From Eukaryota sp. TZLM1-RC (Eukaryota; Protista; Metamonada: BaSk clade), in NCBI GenBank assembly GCA_040285825.1, contig JAUPSS010000004.1, positions 558,001 through 622,000 of the forward strand: a stretch of DNA of 64,000 bases. Direction: 5' to 3'. The position numbers and the translations under genes are program-made. The notes beneath the pieces were generated by a model. That model saw only the letters and a list, made by a program, of their open reading frames with translations, was not told where the DNA came from and ran no database searches. How positions within the stretch are numbered: the first letter of the stretch is position 1; each line of letters begins with the position of its first letter. Shown in pieces: positions 58,603 to 64,000 of the stretch.

Positions 58603-59824
58603 TACTTTGTTAATTGCTTTGCTGCTCAAATAGTTGAAATCCACAACCTTCAACCAGCAATGACAGCAGTTTGTAACGATAATAATCTGGCAAGATCTTG
58701 AATCAAGGAAATCCCTTGGGACAGTCTTTCCAAGCAGTTAGTGTGAATGTTTCCAAGTAGTTGTTTACAGGTGATAAACCGATGGTTTTGTTAAGTATCT
58801 TTCTGGGTCTGTATCTTCGATGTAAGAGTCAACACTGTTGTTGCAGTAGTAATAAGTTAGCTGATTCTGTTCGATAATGAGGATTTATAATTACCCCATT
58901 TTGTAAAGGGGAGGTCGAATCTGATCTGATTAATAAGATTTGTGAAACGAATCATAATGAACAATATTCAGCCATTGTTCTCTGAGTGTTTGCGCTGAAC
59001 GCCTCGGTATTTGACATGGTAGATCACGTTAGAACAACGCTGCCTATGTTACTGTCGTCGTTGTTTCCTACTACGAATTTCCGTTCATTTGAAGTAAATC
59101 AAAACTATGCAAGAAAACCAGTTTTTTAACAACTTTATTCACAATATATAGCCCGTTTTCCACAGTCTATCACAATACACTGTCAATCGTAGAGTTTAGA
59201 GTTCGATGAAAACAATTGAGAATATCATTGGCCTGGAGTCAAACGGTCTTGATTTCATATCAATACCATACATTCAGAAAATTAACTAAAAAGAGGTTGT
59301 ACTGGCTACTCTACCATTGCCACCACCATTCTTGGGTTATCATAGTAAATTATTATTTAGTTCTATTTAATAATTTTATTACCGTTGTTTTAAATTTCAA
59401 TTCCATGTGTCAGGGTTGTTAGAAATCACCAGTTGTAAGGTTAAATATTTTGTGTTGAACAGGAAAATTTGAAAAGGGAGTAGAGTCTATTTGGAGAATG
59501 AACATTCTTTCAGAAACAGCATTATTATCATGAAACAATTGTCAATCCGTGATTAGGGCATTTTCTCAAAACATTACATAATCAGTCACTCAATTGCCAC
59601 CGACATTATCAGGATTCTCATCCGAATCATCAATCCCAGTTTGTTGATCAGTGGTCGATTTGAATTCAAAAACTGCTTTGTATCAAGTTCTATTCACAAA
59701 TTTTGATACCTTAGCTTTTCATTGTGTATGTGTAGAACTTGAACAGTAAAGAAAATTTGGTTCAAAATTGCAAAAATTTTGAATCAATAACAAAATGGAC
59801 TTTAACCCAAATTTTAGAAAATAT

Positions 59825-61497
59825 TAATTTATTGAATTTGCACACTTGATTAAATAAAATCATAACTAATGGGACGACTATCATTAAACCAAGATTTCCT
59901 CTACAAAATCTTGATTTGCTTGCTGTCTAGCTAAAGCTTCTCTAATTCGATTGAAAAACCGCGGTAATCTATTAATAATGGCAAATTGAATCCGTGAACG
60001 CCATAAAAAAATATCAAATCTTTTCATTGTTTTTTCTTTCACCATTTTTTGGAAGTCATCCAAAAAAGTTTCTGCTTCAACTGATAATCTTCCATTTATC
60101 GAAAATGGAAAAGCAATAAAAACCAGCTGTGTATTTCTATCGATATTTGCATCTTCAATTTCTTTATCATATTTTCTATGTTTTTCTTTTGCTTTAAAAT
60201 CCAGAGCAGCCACAGGATTAAGTTTTCTTCTGTGAACCAAAGTATCGTTTGCAACATTACATGAGACAAAGTCAACAATAGCTTCAGAATTATCAATCCA
60301 ATCACAGTATACATCACCTCTATCATCAGAACCAAAATTATTCAGAGAAAGTGTTTCTTTCAGCAGGGGCTCTTTGATACACGATATCCTTGCAGTTTGT
60401 GCCATATTGAAAACAGTGTCTCTAACAGCATCATGTAATGAAGAACGATAAGTTATCAATTTAGAGCAATTTAGAGCATGGCGCAAAGTGAGTTGAGGTG
60501 AATTCGAACAAATACATTTTTCTTTTGATAATAATTGGTTAATGGGGATATTTAAATATAATCTCATTTTTGTTACAAATGCTTCATTAGCGGCACACAA
60601 TCCAAATCTTCGTGGTTCAATGGTTACAAAAAGTGAAGAATCTGATGATTTGCTTTCACAAACACCCTTTTCCAATAACAATGACTGAAAATCTTGCTTT
60701 AAAACAGCCGAGCTGCATATATCATTATAATTATCATTTTCATACATTCCAGTCAATCGTTTCTGTAATGTTCGAAGAGTGTACTTCAAATTTAAGACAT
60801 TCTTTTCTGGGATATTGCCATTGAATGATTGGGGAAAACATCGACCCCATTTTTCTACATCAATTCTTGAAATTTCTTCATTTAATGCAAAAACAGTGGA
60901 ACTTTGCGTTGTCATCAATAAATCTTCCCAATCTGCAAATCTTTCGGAGAACTCAAAGATTGCATTTCTGCATCCACCAACAAAAGCACACGAGGTAAGA
61001 ATAGAAGCCTTCGTCCACCCTAAACCACCATATTGTGGACTAAGGTAAGCATGATCTGGAATTTGAAACATTTTACATCCCAGTAATTGAGACAGAACTT
61101 TTGCACGTAACTCATTAAACTTTTGAGCCAAAGGTCTAGTGACGAGAGGATTTGTAGATCGAAATATATGATTAAAATTGGAACTAAAACACAGTCTTAT
61201 AATGGTAAATTTGATGTGTTTTTTTATATCTAAATTCATCATTCGGTCAATTTTGTCAGAAATTGAGTTCAACTTTTCAAACAATTTTTTGGTAATTTCA
61301 TCATTATTTCCTAAAAACGAACCCAAATGACGAATAGCATCAATTGAATATAATTTGGCTTGAATTTCAATATCATCAATTATTGTGGAAACTGGAGAAT
61401 TCGATAACAAAACACATTTAAGTAAATTAAGTCGGAGACCAATTTTGGTAAATAATTCTTTAAAACATACAGTTGCTTTTTTCACAATATTTAATTC
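59825..61497 (-). mobile_element. 5'-truncated CRE-like non-LTR retrotransposon, family D, uninterrupted ORF
   Basis: IGLRLNLLKC, RHLG, YGGLG, CIC..HALNC, HDAVRD, DRGDV, KEKHRKY. Possible TSD ACCCAAATTT at 59805-59814 and 61498-61507. Confidence 0.92.
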
Positions 61498-61894
61498 ACC
61501 CAAATTTCGAATTCTTACATGTTCTTCTACGTACTTGTGTAATTGGAAAATGGCAAATTGTCCACCAAATTTAATGTCAATGATAAATAGCTTAACAGTG
61601 AAGATTTTTTCAATTAAAACTTTTGAATATTCAACTTATAAGCATTTTAGAAGAATATGAATCATTTTGGTGGGTTATCGTTGAATCACACTAATGGCTA
61701 CTAGCTTCAAGTGTAAAATAAGGATAGAACAATTTCGAGAGAAATTTATTAGAAATAACCACATTAAACAAAACTTAACATAAAAAAGAAAAACATGTTT
61801 TATTAATATAATTGATACAATATTATAAAAGCAAAAACAAAATAAACGCAACGTTAAAACAAAAAAAACAGACAAAACTCAAAAAAAACTAAGC

Positions 61895-62236
61895 TCAATC
61901 TCCAGTTCTGGGGTGTTTCAGGGGAGGTACTTCATCTCCATACTCTTGCAGAAACTGCTTCACTCTCTTCATGGTGTCTTGGGTTCTCTTCAGTTCAGAC
62001 TGTATGGGATGGTCTTCCGGGATAGACTTGCCTTGTAGTTTGAGGTACGTGAAGGCGAGAGAATTCATAGTGTACAGGATATCTGCTTGGTACTGTATCC
62101 ATTCAGAGGGTTGCATTGAAGCTTGAAGTTCGGATTTTGAGCAAGAAAGATATGGTTTGAGAATAGAATCTAGTTCTGAGACAGAGTCAGAAAACTGTTG
62201 AAGAGCGTTATAATGTTTCTTTATCCGTTCAAGCAT
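61895..62236 (-). CDS. C1D/Rrp47 exosome cofactor (Sas10/Utp3/C1D family)
   Basis: LYTMNSLAFTYLKLQG...DHPIQSELKRTQDTMKRVK. Confidence 0.85.
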   Translation of the reverse strand: MLERIKKHYNALQQFSDSVSELDSILKPYLSCSKSELQASMQPSEWIQYQADILYTMNSLAFTYLKLQGKSIPEDHPIQSELKRTQDTMKRVKQFLQEYGDEVPPLKHPRTGD

Positions 62237-62299
62237 GAGCTAATGACACAAGAAAGTAGTAGTATCTGTTGGAGATTATGATGTGTTAACTTGAGAATT

Positions 62300-62433
62300 C
62301 TCTTTAATGACCCATCCACTGAGAATTTCACACAAAGCGAATATCGAATAAATATCCCTAATAATTGTGTAAACTTCTCAGCACCAAGGGTTAGTATACA
62401 CTAAACACCTTGGAAATACGTTGATTAAAACAG
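62300..62433 (-). ncRNA. Candidate Fanzor omegaRNA scaffold
   Basis: Begins right after the Fanzor stop codon. Hairpin at 62384-62413; long hairpin at 62319-62381 (16/17-bp outer stem plus 7-bp inner stem); closing stem 62424-62433 paired with 62300-62308. Manual fold only. Confidence 0.55.
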
Positions 62434-64000
62434 CTACTGCTGTCTTCTTAGACGTCTCACACGCCTTGGCCTTCTGAATGGTTCTGGCCTAGTACCAGTG
62501 AAATACTCACTAATTGCAATCTCCAGCTGGTTTCTGGAGGCTGAGATGTCTCTAGACCAGTTGGTCTGACATCGAGGGCAATCGAACTTAGCGTTATTTA
62601 CCCTTCCGTCATCATGATAGATCTTTCTATGAAAGACCTTACAGCAATTCACTTTTGCTGAGGTCATAAACTCGTCCCCGACTTTGATGCTTTCAAAGTG
62701 TTTTTTGATTTGTTTGAGAAATCTCTTTCGGGGGGATTTCACAGATTGACGAGATGGACCACCACCGCCATTGCCGAACCAAACTATAGTGTTTCTTCCT
62801 TCAGACAAGCGTTTAATTTTGTTAATAAAACTAGTTAGTCTCTTTTGTCTTCGTATGAAGAAATCAAACTTATTTCTTCTCAGCTTTTTTCTTGCACCAC
62901 GCTGCAAATTTCCAGACATAATTGAAGCATATTCAGGCTCTTCCTCAGATTCAGGAACATAAGGTAAACTTATTTCAATCAGATACTCTTGGAAGCTCTG
63001 AGCGGAATAAGTGTTAGGAGTTGCTTGAGTCAGAGGAGGAGGGTGATTTAGTCTTCGTTCTTTTGGATTCAGTAGCAGTCCAGAACGTTCAAAAACAGTG
63101 CAAAATTTAAAATTTAGCAGAATTTCGGAAAGAACCAGCAGTCCAACCACAAAGATTGCTGTGGTTGGGATCAATGGCTACAAAAAACAAATTTTCATCA
63201 GGATCTCTGTAATTGGGCTGTTGTTCCACTGGTAACCGCGGTCTTCTCTGTGGATTTGCTGTTCTATGGACATTGGATTTTCGTTTCCTTTCAGAGTTAT
63301 GAAAATCATAATTTCCAGAGGCTCGCCTGGACTCAAATTCCGCTTTATTTGGACTATTATAAGTTTTTCTTTCCTTCTGGGTAAACGTAAACCGCAAGGA
63401 ATCACCATTCGAAAAAATGGTATAGTAAATAAATTTCGATTTATTAAAAAACCGATAAGGGTTGTTCAGAAGCTCTTTGTTTGCATTTAGTTTTGTGAAA
63501 TAAGCTTCTGCTTCTTTAGTCAAGCTGCAGAAGCATGGAGACCAACTGGACAGTGGAGAGAGAGAGTGCCTTTTCATCACATCAGGGCAGTTATCTTCTA
63601 AAAAAGATAAAATGTTCAAGCCAGATTGAACGATTGTTGCAGCAGACTCCATATTGATGGGAAACCGTTCGTTTCTTATTGAATTTTCGAACAAATTTTG
63701 ACCGCCACCAAAATTTAAATTCCGCCACCAATGTAGGCGTTGGCTGTCATATTGAGCAAATGGACCAAGATATGCTGGTGTATTTCTTGATACCATTGTA
63801 AAATTGACTCATCTGGCTGAATCCCTTGAAGTACACAGTCGGCGTATTTCTTGGGCCAGGGGCAATTAAGAAACTGAGCACAGCTTTTGAAAAAATTGCG
63901 TTTCCAGACGACAGGGCCGTCAGCAAGCAACTGACAAAAGGCTTCTCGCAGTTGGATGGCTCGACTGCCAAGAAGAGTGGAAAGACACCAAAATCTACCA
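62434..64000 (-). pseudogene. Fanzor (eukaryotic TnpB) with intact RuvC triad, broken by two micro-insertions; 5' end outside the window
   Basis: HSLSPLSS..FCSLT, IFSNGDSL, VAIDPN (RuvC-I), IVWFGNG, PRKRF, GDEFMTS..CC (RuvC-II), CPRC..WSRDISASRN (Zn, RuvC-III), RPEPF plus Arg-rich tail. Confidence 0.88.

Noticed and set aside
63102-63731. Spliceosomal introns explaining the Fanzor frameshifts
   Set aside because: No GT...AG pair of suitable phase was found at either lesion.

Overview
AT-rich, gene-compact eukaryotic (protist-like) DNA with the standard genetic code, very short GT-AG introns (26 and 33 nt) and AATAAA signals just past the stop codons. The taxon cannot be determined from the sequence. 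Host genes: Bax-inhibitor-1, a DUF4476-like protein, valyl-tRNA synthetase, a secreted vWA+LRR protein, a GNAT, an INTS4-like HEAT protein, a B-box/SPRY-like protein, a degenerate Ras-like protein, MPP10, dolichyl-diphosphatase, a USP12/46-like protease and C1D. They are interleaved with: (i) an expanded RCC1+LRR family (3 intact copies plus pseudogene pieces) with hypervariable loops, mosaic structure and a recurrent CCGATCGATCGG palindrome; (ii) about five families of 5'-truncated CRE-like (RT + restriction-like endonuclease) non-LTR retrotransposons with 10-13 bp target-site duplications (TSDs); (iii) a decayed Ty3/Gypsy element with a ~79-bp LTR and a nested solo LTR; (iv) a ~3-kb inverted duplication carrying shuffled gene fragments between 28-bp inverted repeats; (v) three divergent Fanzor (eukaryotic TnpB) loci. 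The right-hand Fanzor keeps all three RuvC catalytic residues, is broken only by two AT-palindromic micro-insertions, and is followed directly by a ~135-nt multi-stem RNA candidate (omegaRNA). It is the best lead in the window. All assignments come from manual motif reading; no searches were run.
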